Assembly: GCF_964204645.1 (NCBI RefSeq)
Contig: NC_134031.1
Coordinates: 13,441,807 to 13,505,806 of the forward strand
Direction: 5' to 3'
DNA from: Tubulanus polymorphus
Lineage: Eukaryota > Animalia > Nemertea
Length of the DNA: 64,000 bases
Of this stretch, positions 1-58,032 are shown piece after piece (the first letter of the stretch is position 1; every line of letters starts with the position of its first letter). The position numbers and the translations under genes were made by a program. The notes under the pieces are model-generated. The model did not search any database. It was given only the letters and a program-made list of their open reading frames with translations, and was not told where the DNA came from.

Positions 1-457
1 GATATATACCTAAAAAGGATATGATTGTAAATGCCTTATCCTTTTACCATTACTAACTAACTCAATATCATTTCTATTTCTAATATTTTCACAAGTCTTA
101 TCATAGAATGCATTGTTCATTAACTTGAAGAAATCTTTTTCGAAATCAGTTTTAGCTTCAGTTCTCTGTTTGGTGTTAAAATCTATATATTTTTCTAACC
201 ACTTAGATTGACTAAATGAAATATAACTATGTACTTTTTTTTAGGATCATTCCTTGTTTTAGATAAAACTTTAACATTCTATAATGCACTACATAATTAT
301 ATTTATCTTCTTGAGTTACCATTAACTTTTCTGTATGAATATGATTTTCGGGTTTAATTCTTTTTTGATAATTTGATAATTCTTCATGAGTTACAGTTTT
401 ATGTTCTGGACAGTATGCTAGATTTCTAGATTTAAATTTAATATGTTCAGGATATTC

Positions 458-838
458 TGTAACCGGCTGGTTGTTGTATCGGCAGGCTGGCTGGGGAACT
501 AGCATTTACACCAGCGGTACAGGATTCCATCCATCAGGAACAACAAGGCAGTTAAACCTTCTTTGTACAATCTTTATTGCATCCCGGAATGAGAATGATT
601 ATCATAGCTTTACATAGTCTTATATACAGAATCATGAGTATAATGTGAGAACTAGGTGTCAGACAAGTTGTAGACATCAGGACTCACAAACAAACACCTA
701 GTGACATGTTTGAGAGACATTAATTAATTATCGATGAGCACTGACTATAGCTAATTATCGTGAAAACATGTTGAGTAATGTCTCATGTTGATTACGACCT
801 TACAGCACATATTGACACTATAGTCATAAGTTATATTA

Positions 839-896
<58 letters not shown>

Positions 897-990
897 AATA
901 TGTAGTAGAGCTATGAAATGTTATGAACTGTTCGATATGACATTGTAGATCTATATGATTATGAAATATGCAAATTATATCAGGGTGACA
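458..990 (-). mobile_element. Solo LTR (533 bp) inserted in the pPolB gene
   Basis: TGTAACC...GGTGACA ends with a 4-bp TSD ATTC (454-457 and 991-994). Removing it restores VVDLEYPEHIKF. On the minus strand a TATA-like TATATAA lies upstream of AATAAA. Confidence 0.85.
832..893. repeat. (TTA)n microsatellite inside the solo LTR
   Basis: Direct reading. Confidence 0.95.
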
Positions 991-3900
991 ATTCTAAGTC
1001 TACAACAAAGAAGTAACCAGTATCTGAATCATCTGAAATATCTAGGATTCTTTTCTTCCAATCAAATTTATCATTATTTTCATGTTGTGAAACTTCACTT
1101 ATCTCAAATACTCCATAAGGTTGTGGTTCCATCATTGCCCAACCATACAAATTATTTGCATCTATATATAATAACTTATATCCAGGGTTATCATTTACAT
1201 TGAAATATCTATCGCCTAATACACCTGAAACTCCTCCTCTTATAGATTTTTCAAATAATAATAATTGATCTATATTTGTTAACAAATCCATTTTTATATC
1301 TGTAAATTTTAATCCACAATCCCATGTTAAACCTGGGCTAGAATAACAATGACAAGGATCAATATTGAAATATTTTAGGTTTACATCTCTAAACCTTTCG
1401 AATATATCGGTTAATAATAATACATCTGATTTTAGATATGAATCTACTAATTGTCCATGATTTTCTATTTTGAAATGATTCCAAATATTCAATGTTCTAT
1501 TATAGACTTCATCTTTAACATATTCATTTTTTAATTCATCATAGAATTGTTCTTTTAATAATTCAGATATATTGAAATCATTATGTGATTTATAAAATGA
1601 ATATGGAATTGCGCCTTTATATCTCATTAATTGGAAATCATCATTATTTGGGTAATGTTGTTTTGATATTTTTAATTCATCATCAACTAATGATTTTGAT
1701 TAGTTATCTAATGAACTATTTAAAAATCTATATGAATCTATAAATCTTAAACACCCAAATTGGAATGATATATAATTCTCAGATGTTCTAGCTAACATTT
1801 TAAATTTATAAGTTGGTATTTTATCTTTTGATCTATTTGAATTTAATCTTTCTATTTCATTATTAATTTCTTCTATTTTATGGCATAACTGTTTGATGAA
1901 TAAATGTGTATCATATCCTGATAGATTATGAAATATAACTGGTACAAAGTTAATTTTCTTAGCTTGTAAGTTACAATTCTCATGCGCAGCGCCTCTAAAC
2001 TTTCCATTTAAATGATCATGGTCTCTTGCTTTTTTATCTTTATAATTAAATATCTTTTCACAATAATAACATTTATCTGCAAACTCAAATGCTTCTTTAT
2101 CTTCTTCTGTCATTATAATTTCTTTATTTGTATTCAATAATTTACTAAATCTTATTTCATATTCAATTAATAAGTCACAAAAATGATTAATAACATTTTC
2201 ATTTCTATAATGATAATATTCACTTTTAATTAGTTCTGGATAATCAGATTTTATATATAACCCGAAAGCAGCAGCTGATTGATGAATCTTTTTAATTGTA
2301 TTTGTTTTTGGTGGTTCTTCTGAAAAATCATTTTCATTAGAATTTAATTTCTTTCTTTTATAATATATTTCTTTTCTATCTTGATCAGTTAGTTCTTTAT
2401 TTAATGATTCAAAATCTCCGTATATAACAAATGGTACTTTATTTTTGTAATCATATTTTTTGAATTCTATTATTTTATCCTTTTCATTTGGTAAAACTAA
2501 TTTACAATAATCATGATTTTCACATAATTGTTTATGATTTAATAATGCACCTTCAGTTCTGAATTTATGTAAACATTTTCTACATAGATATATTTTATTA
2601 TCAAAATCATTTTCTGATTTAAAAAATAAATCAATTCTTTTAATCCACATATAATGATTCTCATAATATAATATATCTATAACATCGTTTGAATCATAAT
2701 CTTTTGATAGATATAAAAGTTCTAATGTATAATGTTTTATATTGTTACCTTTTGTATTTGGTAATTATATTAAATCAAATACATTTATTCTTAAATTATT
2801 ATCTCTTTCTATTTTTGGGATGTTTTTAATTCTAACAGGATAATTATCTATCTTATAATTATTTTCAAATGGTTTATAATAAGTTAATCTAAAACTATGT
2901 GTAATATCTTCTGTTGGATGTAAGCAACTTATAATTGTCCATAGAAAACATTTATCATCAAAATTTTGTACATTTATTACAGCATTAGTTTTAAATGGTA
3001 GTTTAATATAACTCGATGCTTCAATATCTGGTTCTTTATAATATGATAAATTATTTTCATCAATTGGTTTTGATTTAGTTAACTTATTATATTTTGTGTT
3101 ATACACATGTAAAGTCATAAATATTATTTCATCAAATATAAAACCAGATCCTTCAAAATATTTCTCTTCTATTTTAGTTTTTTATTTCATTATAACATTT
3201 ATCTAATTTATCATCTATATGTTGTTTAGATATAATATGTTGTGAATGAGAATTTATATTATATATTGGTTTATCTTCAGATTTTATAAACTTTACTTTA
3301 GAAGATATACTAATTTTAGGATATTCAACATCAGTTATTATTTTTATTATTTCTTTCATATTTTCTAAATGTTTTTTATTTTCTTCTAATGTTTTTCCTT
3401 CATGAAATTTAAACTAGATAGCTGCTGGACCAATATCACTTTTAAATGCTTCGGTTATCTCTATATCTTTTTTATTGTCTAATGAATTAATATATTTTCT
3501 TACATCTTCCATGTATGGTCTTTTATTGTTTAATTTATTTCTAATTCTTTTAATTGTCTTATGTTTCTTATCGTTATCATTATCAAAATAATCCTCACCT
3601 AAAATATCATTATTCATATTTCTAATATGGCTTTAGATTTTAAATGTTCATTATAATATCTTTTATCACTGAATGATTGATTACATGTATCACATTTATA
3701 TGTTTCTTTTTCATTCTTTAATTCATCTAATTTAGTTTCTAATATATCATCTTTATATTCTAAATTCAATTTATTCTCTAAATGTGTTTTAGTTTTATTG
3801 TGTCTATTTTTGGGATTTATCTATATTGATATTACATGTTGAACAGTAGTACTTATTTGCTTCCATTTTAATACTAAATCTTTTTTTAAAATTGATTTTA

Positions 3901-4097
3901 GAAGTTCAATGATTTATATATGTATTATTTCAATCACACTTTACTAACACTTTTAAGGTTTAAAAATCTAACTCATACAAATATGAATATTGAAATAATG
4001 TTTAAAATATATCTATATATCTATTCTATAAGAGCTCAAACTTTTATATTGAATAATCTGTCAATTTAAATGTTATTCATATATATGAATATTTTAA

Positions 4098-4507
4098 GAG
4101 TAATAGGGGTTTAGTTGTTCTAGATTAAAGGTTGAATGGTCGAGTTCATTAAAAATAAATATTAAAAGTAATTTAAAACTATAATATATTTTCATAGCCG
4201 TGTGTATTTCAGTTGAATAATAGAATAATAATTATTATTAAAATATATTTGATTATATGAATTTGTGTATTGTAAATAAATCAATTGGTCGCGGAGTGGA
4301 GCGGTAGCGAAACGGAGCGACCAATTGATTTAATACAATATACATTTAAAATTTAAATTATTAATATCTTAGAATAAATATTTAGTTATAATATAAAATG
4401 CACACGGCTATGAAAATATATTATAGTTTTAAATTACTTTTAATATTTATTTTTTAATGGGCTCGACCGTTCTACCTTTGGTATAGAACAACTAAACCCC
4501 TATACTC
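4098..4507 (+). repeat. ~410-bp imperfect inverted repeat (fold-back) centred near 4304
   Basis: 4098-4209 pairs with 4396-4507 (8 substitutions, 2 single-base indels). The inner stem TAAATCAATTGGTCGC/GCGACCAATTGATTTA surrounds a purine-rich apex. Confidence 0.95.
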
Positions 4508-4509
4508 AT

Positions 4510-5010
4510 ATCGCATCGCATCGCATCATATCACATTTCTCAACATATTCTTTATTCATGGCTTTTCAGTACCAATTCTCAGTTCTAGTGCTACCTTCCT
4601 CATCTCTAAGACTTTTGTTGATGATATGACATGCTTTTCTACCACTTTTCCGTTGTTTGTGTTGCCGTGTTCTTGTGTCCAACTTTTCTACGGGTTGAGA
4701 ATTTGCTTCCGGTGATTTTAGTCTATGTTTTAACTCCGATATTTCATGTGGGTTGCATTTTTCTTGAACTCCCTTAACTCAACTAATTTTGTGTCCTGGA
4801 AAGATTCATCATTTTCAGTTCTCGACCAACCGGCTTACTGATGGCATGTATAGTGTACCCTCCTCTTCTCCACGGTCGTTTCTATCTCGATTCCAAGTGT
4901 CCTCTTGGGGTATCTGTCTCTTTTGGATATGGAGTAGAAAATTCTTGTAGCTCCCATTGGTAGCCGGTTGTCATCTTCTGGTCAGCCATGATGTTTGGAA
5001 AATGACCTTT
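4510..5010 (-). mobile_element. Possible decayed 3' fragment of an RTE-like LINE
   Basis: (GATGC)n tail on the minus strand near 4510-4530, AATAAA upstream, and a weak remnant peptide (EDDNRLP). Heavily degenerate. Confidence 0.3.
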
Positions 5011-5759
5011 AGAAAAAAAACATGGTCGAGGAAATCTTTAACATATATGCATTTAACTGAATTACACGTAAAAACGAGATAATTTCCTAATTAGCACTGC
5101 ACGGCTTGAGATAAAATACCGCGCAAAATACAATGTAGCCTACATACATGCAAACATATAAAAATCTATTGAAGGTAAACTTTCAGGTGTTACACGTCGT
5201 ATTGTGGACTCTAAAAACGCTTTGTGACCCGATCGACGCAAACACATATCTTCATTCCGCTTGTCCGCATTTTACACGCTTAGTGTTGCCATGTTTTTGA
5301 CCTGATCAATAAATAAATTTGAATTTGATCCGTTAAATCATCATTTTTGACGAATTCACCGCTCGCTTTTACTGCGGAAGTCATGTTTGTTACGGTGAAG
5401 CTGATTGGCTAAGATAGAATCCAAGAAATTCTGGTCATATTTTCAGCTTTTTGGGATTTTAAACCAATATCAGTACGCCTCATATGAAAAATTCGATGCT
5501 GTCGATAGTGAGCAAAGGATCAACTTCACGTCGATGATCGCTGTTTAAATAGTTAAGCGAGTGTCAACGAGTTAATGCGAACCATCGAAGCCGTTTTGGG
5601 TCGCTGCTGCTGCTTGCACAAGTCTCAACGACTCAAGTCCAAGAGTCAAGTTGCTGCTGCTGCTGCTGTTGTACGTTTAGGGGTAGTAGTGTACATGGGG
5701 CGAGCGCGTCCTATAAGAATTAGTTGCAAAACAATCTTGAGTTAGAAGTAGGCCTAATG

Positions 5760-5962
5760 GGTAAAAGTGCAGATCCGCACCTCTCGTGATCGACGCAATC
5801 TACTGAATGACAGAATCAAGGCTAAAATCTAGTGAAGGATATCTTAAAATTAACCAATGGCAATGTACTGAATTGCTGATGACATTTTGAATCTGAAACA
5901 ATGATATTTAATGTAATTGATTGAACCATTTACGGGGAGAGGTGCGGATCTGCACTTTTACC
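5760..5962. mobile_element. MITE with 9-bp TSD (Mutator/MULE-like)
   Basis: Perfect 26-bp TIR GGTAAAAGTGCAGATCCGCACCTCTC; TSD GGCCTAATG at 5751-5759 and 5963-5971. Confidence 0.9.
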
Positions 5963-6491
5963 GGCCTAATGTAGTTACATACACAGTAAAATAGGAAACC
6001 TGTCCTATCCAAATTATTAGGCCTAGCCTCAAGAAGGCCTAAAAATCAACTGCCGCCTTGTCCTTCGCCTTTGTTATCGATCAGGCTATTTTTACAACGG
6101 CGTCATAGACGGACGACACCAGCTATATTTTCGACGTTTCATTCTGATTGGCTAAGTCACGTTGCGCATGTGCACTGAGGTGCGTGGTGGTAAGCTTTTT
6201 ATAATCGGATGGGCTTATACCAACGTTAGGGATGACAAGGGCCAAAACACGGTTGAAAAAAGTAACACTTCAAAAATATACTTTCTATTCACTTCAGTCC
6301 ACAATTCATGGCTTAATTCACAAACTAACACAGGTACCTTTTGAAATAGTTCAATTTATGTATGTTTCGAGTGATTAATCAACATTATTTTGAGAGATTG
6401 ATTAATTAATCCTGATTGACTAATTCACGTTGCGCATGTGCACTGAGGTGCCCGACTTAGAAGAAAGTGTGTAACAGAGTTAGAGAAAATA

Positions 6492-6566
6492 GAGCAGATA
6501 CATCGAGACTCGAGCCCGGGCCAGTTTATTACTAGCGAAGCATCATACCACTAGACCACTGAGCTC
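6492..6566 (-). other. tRNA-derived (SINE-head-like) relic
   Basis: Minus strand has A-box-like TGGTCTAGTGGTAT and B-box-like GGCTCGAGTCTC at tRNA spacing, but no convincing cloverleaf. Confidence 0.35.
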
Positions 6567-6583
6567 GCTGAAAACCAACCTAA

Positions 6584-7391
6584 GGCCAAAAAAAAGATGC
6601 CTGTTTTCTCATCACACTTTTGTTTTTTACCATAACGAGGGCAGGCGGTTTTTATTTTTATGTACTTTAAAAAAAAAAAGTAGAAATAAAAAGAACTGTT
6701 TGAATTTTTTTTGGAGATGCGGGTGGTGTCTTTTTATTTTTATTATATCAATAAAAATATCCCTCTGACATATTTTCTTCAGATGCGGAAGGTAGTTTTT
6801 TATTTTTATTTAACTGGAAAATCACTGCTTAATCCTGAAAATGCTTGGTGAATCCTGAAAATCCATTGCAACACCTCAACCGGCCAATGCATTTTCGAAA
6901 AGTTCCATCACTGTTGACTCTGGGAGATACTTGTAGAATTGGCCAACGTAGTATTGGCTTCTTTTGGAATATTATTTGAACAGATAGCAACATCTTGGAC
7001 GCTATTAGCACCACATTTTACCAAGAGAAATCGCTTCGAAATAAGAATCACGCCAGAAATCAAGCTCCACAGCGACCTTGGCATTTGATATTTAGGCCTA
7101 CGGTAACCGACACCGTTGATATGGGTTCGAGTCACCAGTGTGGTGCCGATGATATTTATACGATCAACTTTTCTCGATACGTTCATAGAGAAATAAAATG
7201 ATAAAAAGATGACGATATGCGTATTATATCAATGCGGGCGGGTGGATTTTAATTTTTATAAAAAACAAATTTATGTTCGAGCTATGATGCGGGAGGGCGG
7301 ACTTTCTTTTTATCGCTAATTTGCCGATGATTTTTCCGATGCGGGCGGGATTTCAAAATCATGAGAAACAAGACATCTTTTTTTTTTGGCC
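6584..7391. mobile_element. Non-autonomous PIF/Harbinger (Tourist-like) element
   Basis: Imperfect TIR GGCCAAAAAAAAAGATG..TTTCTCAT at both ends; TSD TAA at 6581-6583 and 7392-7394. Confidence 0.75.
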
Positions 7392-9698
7392 TAATGTTTG
7401 AACTACATATAGCCTCACCTTACCTAGTTAGTTACCTAATCGTTGGTGGTAAGCTTTTTATAATCGGATGGGCTTATACCAACATTAGGGATGACAATAG
7501 TCAGTAACTTGTATGTGGTTTAGTTTCACGATCGGATATTTTCACAAACCACAGTCAGGAATGGGAAGGTCATTTTTCAATGAAATCTTCGTCAGCCAAT
7601 TTGACGAGTAATTTGCCTGGCATTTGTTGTCTCTTGAGATATATCTGATTTGAAATAGATGTTGGAGAACCATCAAAAATAAAAATTGTTGTTTCGTCTT
7701 GGAAGTTTTATGTAAATCCTTGTAGGTCACCTTGTCTATCATGCCACATGTATGCAATACACAGAAATGGCGGCTAATGGCGAAATTTGTGGAGAAATTA
7801 ATTAATTTCTCAAAATAATGTTGATTAATCATTCGAAACATACATAGAATTGGATTATTTCGAAAGGTACCTGTGTTAGGTCCTTGTCATCCCTAAAGTT
7901 GGTATAAGCCCATCCGATTATAAAAAGCTTACCACCAACGATTAGGTAACTAACTAGGATGACAAGGGCCAAAACACGGTTGAAAAAAGCAGAATTGAGA
8001 ATCAAATCTGCAATAGAACTAGTGGGATGGTGCATTGCCGCATGTTGTTCAGCAACTAAATTTTCGGCATAAAATGTTCCACCAACCAACCACGTGTTAA
8101 TGGAGAAGTTTAGAAACCACACGACGAATGTAAACGATACGTAATTACCTAAATTCAAAAACACCTACACAGACAATATTGTAGCGTATTTTTATCTCTG
8201 CTGCCGGTATATCGGGCTACGAGTTATGCGAGGTATTTTTAATGAGATCAGGAGGTTTGGACTTCTAAAATTGATACGACTAACGTGAAAATATGACTTA
8301 TGAAATACGAGTTATAAGCATTATTTTGTAAGGTATAAAGGAGAAAAAAGATCAGGACCAAAATAATTATATGAGAGATGTCATGACACGACCAATTTGA
8401 TGGCGACTTATGCGAATTCCCTTGGAAATTATGTCACACATAGGCAAAATAGCGTTTACTTAAATTATGCCGCATTGGCAAAATACATGTATTCACTTCC
8501 TGAATCTTACTAGGATATGACCATATCAAACTTATGACAAACTCTGCAATAAATGAAAGGCAGGTGAGTTTTGCTTGCTAACGCAGCATTATAGGCCAAT
8601 TCCTGTTAACGCCATTTTGCCAATGGTTCATTCTGATTGGCTAATCTATGCTGTACATGTGGCGTCTTGTGGAGATACCTAGCTGTAAAACTGACCTTAA
8701 ACCTAAGCCCAACATTAACCCTTTACACTCTAACCCTTTCGAAACCCTTACCCTAAACCTAATAGAATAATTTCATTGTTATTTCTATTAGTATATCTGA
8801 GGCCTTTTATATACGTTGATGTCAGCATGTTTACTAAACTAATGCTGCATCGGCAAAGTATCCATTCCCTATGAAATCAATTTCTGACTTCCAGTTATAT
8901 TTTCCAATCTTTAGCTTGGACTAAGCATAACACTGAATACTAGAGACAGCGTACTACAAACTGGGAATAATGGCTCGATAGGCCTACTACATGTCATTCT
9001 GTCACACATGCTCTCCACGTTTATATCGGTATTGTTCATAATCTGTTGATCTGCCTTTATTATGCATCAATATGTTCAGTGAGGATTTAGAAATTTTGTC
9101 GGTCCCTCTAGTCCCAAGTTTTAAGCAAGGTCTACTGGACTAGCCTACTAAAATGGAAGCGGCCAATTATTGTTAGGCGATCTTGCCTATAACTCACTGA
9201 ACGGCGGTTGATGCACGCGTACTGATGAGGTGGCCACATTGATCCAATTTTCTTGTGCCTAAACGTTGCACAAGCAATAGGTTAGGGGTTCAAGTCTCAG
9301 ATTTTCACCACTGTCCTTCCCTTTGATGCTCTCTTGAATTCAGTTCGGCATGCTTGTACATGCCCAAAATCATCAAAATGAGCTATCATAGGTAAATGAG
9401 CATTGACAGAAATTTGATATCTTGGTCAAATATCCATTTCCCACAGTTAAGTTCCGGCAACGCAACCAATTTCACGTCATTTTGACTCTTATATTACCAT
9501 GATGAACCTATGATTTTAAAGAAACTAATGCTTTATTATTGATTGAACATTTCAGAAATCGGATTGTGCCGTGGCTGTTGTATGGACATCATCGTCTATA
9601 ATCAGATTAGGCTTACTACTGATTCTCTAGACCTTCAAGTCTGGATTTAACTGGCAGCTGATATAAACCAGCTTGAAAAGCAAGAAGAATTTTGAGAA

Positions 9699-55900
<46,202 letters not shown>

Positions 55901-56609
55901 TAACCGTCAACAGACGATATTTGACCCAACAGTTTCACAATCGATACCTTCATGATGTATAAAACATTTAGTGGCAAGAAAAAATTCCAAATACCAATAT
56001 TACAACATTGTATGTCAGACAGAAACATCCTTAAGGCCCTTCTCTTTGTTCAGCTTAGCTGCGGGGACCACCTGGCCAGCAAGCTGCGTGAGTGGAATAA
56101 GGACACTTTAAAGTTACTCCTTCACATTTTCTCTTTTCTTTACATTTGTCCAAAGTTGCCATCATACTTTGTTATATTGTCCTGGCCTGCGTTTTTCAAA
56201 GCAGTGTTAAGTTATCCCTGTAATAAGACTATCCCAGTGTTAAATTTAACTATACCGGTGATTGTTATCACAGGGATAATTTCTCGTTTTTCAAAAGCAT
56301 TTTACCCCAGTGATAACTATCACCAGGATAAGAGCATTTATCCCAGTGATAACAAAAAGAAAATGGCTGACATTTCAGCCTAATCTCTCACTTCAAGAAC
56401 TAACATATAGGATTTCTTCACATCACAGGATCACTGAGGCTACACAGTGGTGTTTTCATATATTTTGTTTATCTTATGTCACATATATGGATGTATTATT
56501 GCCATGATCAGTCACCGAGCAACCATAACAATGAAAAAGAAATCAATATTTTGTTCCTATATGTCTCTGTACAAGACCACAATTTAAGTCAGACAGTCAC
56601 AGACACACA

Positions 56610-57833
56610 ATGGATACATTTTCTGAGGAAAAGAATTCTAACCTAAAAAGGAAACGAAAAGCAAATTTTACTTTGTGTGAGCCTGTTATTCTAACTGAAA
56701 TGGTGAAGGCTAATGAAGATGTACTATTTTCAAAACTAACAAACACTGTAACGAATATGAAGAAACAGAAGATCTGGGAGTCAATTGTCGCTCAAATTAA
56801 TAGTCTATCTGCGAAAGGACTGTTAGTGAGGTGAAAGATAAATGGAAGCACTGAGTTTCAGGCGCAAAAAAAAGTTTGTCACTTATGAAAAACGATATAA
56901 AGAAAACAGGAGGTGGCCCGCCCACAGCGACATTAAACGACACGGATGAAGTAATCTTGGGTATGTTTGAAGACTGTCCTTCTTTTCATGGAATCGATGC
57001 CGGTGTAGAAACAGATCGTAAGTTTAATATACAAAAATTAACCCATTATTTTCTTAATGACGCCCTCAAAGAATCATTAAATTTTAAACAGCAATATACA
57101 GTTTTGACAGTTTTATATCTTGAAGGCCGAGTTATTTAAACTGCAGTTATTTGTAGTAGTCCGCAGGTAGGCCTGCATGTATTTTATTCATTCATTTCAG
57201 GCTTTGACAGTAGGTCTACTATTACCAGTCTACCGCTTACAGCTACAATTTCGAAACACCCAGAATCTGATGAAAGACCAATCTTAACTGAAGGTAGGCC
57301 TAGCTGATTGTATTTTTTGTATTGCATATTATATTCTTTCTTATGTAATATGCTATTGTCACATGAATACTATGCAAAATCTACCAGCTTTAGCTTTGTT
57401 CCATGAATGTATCAATTCAAATATTTCAATCTTGATTCCCTTTCACAGTACCTCAGCAACTCACTCACGAAACAAGTGACACCACAACATTAAATGACTG
57501 CAAGGAAGCAGGTACATAATGTCATGTCGTTCATAGATGAAAAAATGAAATATACAATAAATGCCTTATCGATAAACATGTAATATTTATTGTAACAGTT
57601 ATGATAAAATTTCATTTACAGATATGGAGGCCACTTCGAACAAACCAAAGATTCCTCAGCAAATCCGTGTAACTCAGGATATGATTCAGCGGGTTCAATA
57701 CGAAAATCTGAAATTAGATAGTGAAAGATTGCGTTTGACAAATACCAACTTGGAACTTCAAAATGAAAAGATTATTTTGGAAATATATTTACTGCAGCAG
57801 CAGAATGGCGTAAAAGTTGTTAATGACCAATGA
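56610..57833 (+). pseudogene. Harbinger Myb/SANT-like DNA-binding protein with a frameshift and stop near 56815-56855
   Basis: KRKANFT..E..IL, K.KIWESI...IN, (R)TVSEVKDKW, KKTGGGP, C-terminal coiled coil. Probable introns after ~57017. Confidence 0.8.
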
Positions 57834-58032
57834 TTTAACAAATGAGATACATGTTTGTCTTATTTTAACCAGCCAACAGGCTTCCAAAATTCATCCGTTC
57901 AATGATTATATGTTTAATGATTTTCAGATATTTGTTGACATTTATCAATGAGTTTAATTACATGAATAGATTATATTGACCAGATATGAGCTTTCTTGTT
58001 TTCTTTAGAAATCCAAACTCAAAACGCACCAG

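Larger units (their letters stand above)
1..3866 (-). pseudogene. Polinton/Maverick (adintovirus-like) protein-primed family B DNA polymerase, fragmented; runs off the window start
   Basis: Consecutive minus-strand fragments. ATG at 3866 is followed by C2H2-like fingers (YYCSTC..RHNKTKTH; YKCDTC..YYNEH). Then vOTU-like NVQNFDDKCFLW..HYMWI, exonuclease YGDFES, an inserted HNH/endonuclease VII module (CYYC..DHDHLNGKFRGAAHENCN), FHNLSGYD, DSYRF, KGAIPY, palm YIDANNLYGWAM and KLMNNAFYDKTCENIRNR. Many stops and frameshifts. Confidence 0.9.

Noticed and set aside
4500-5100. Polinton terminal inverted repeat
   Set aside because: No AG-type TIR or 6-bp TSD was recognisable, so the right boundary of the element is undefined.
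5380-5720. CCAAT box and CpG/CTG-rich stretch as the PKN promoter or first exon
   Set aside because: Plausible, but there is no clear donor or transcript evidence, so it cannot be supported from sequence alone.
6492-6566. Functional tRNA gene
   Set aside because: A and B boxes are present but the acceptor and anticodon stems do not pair; treated as a tRNA-derived relic.
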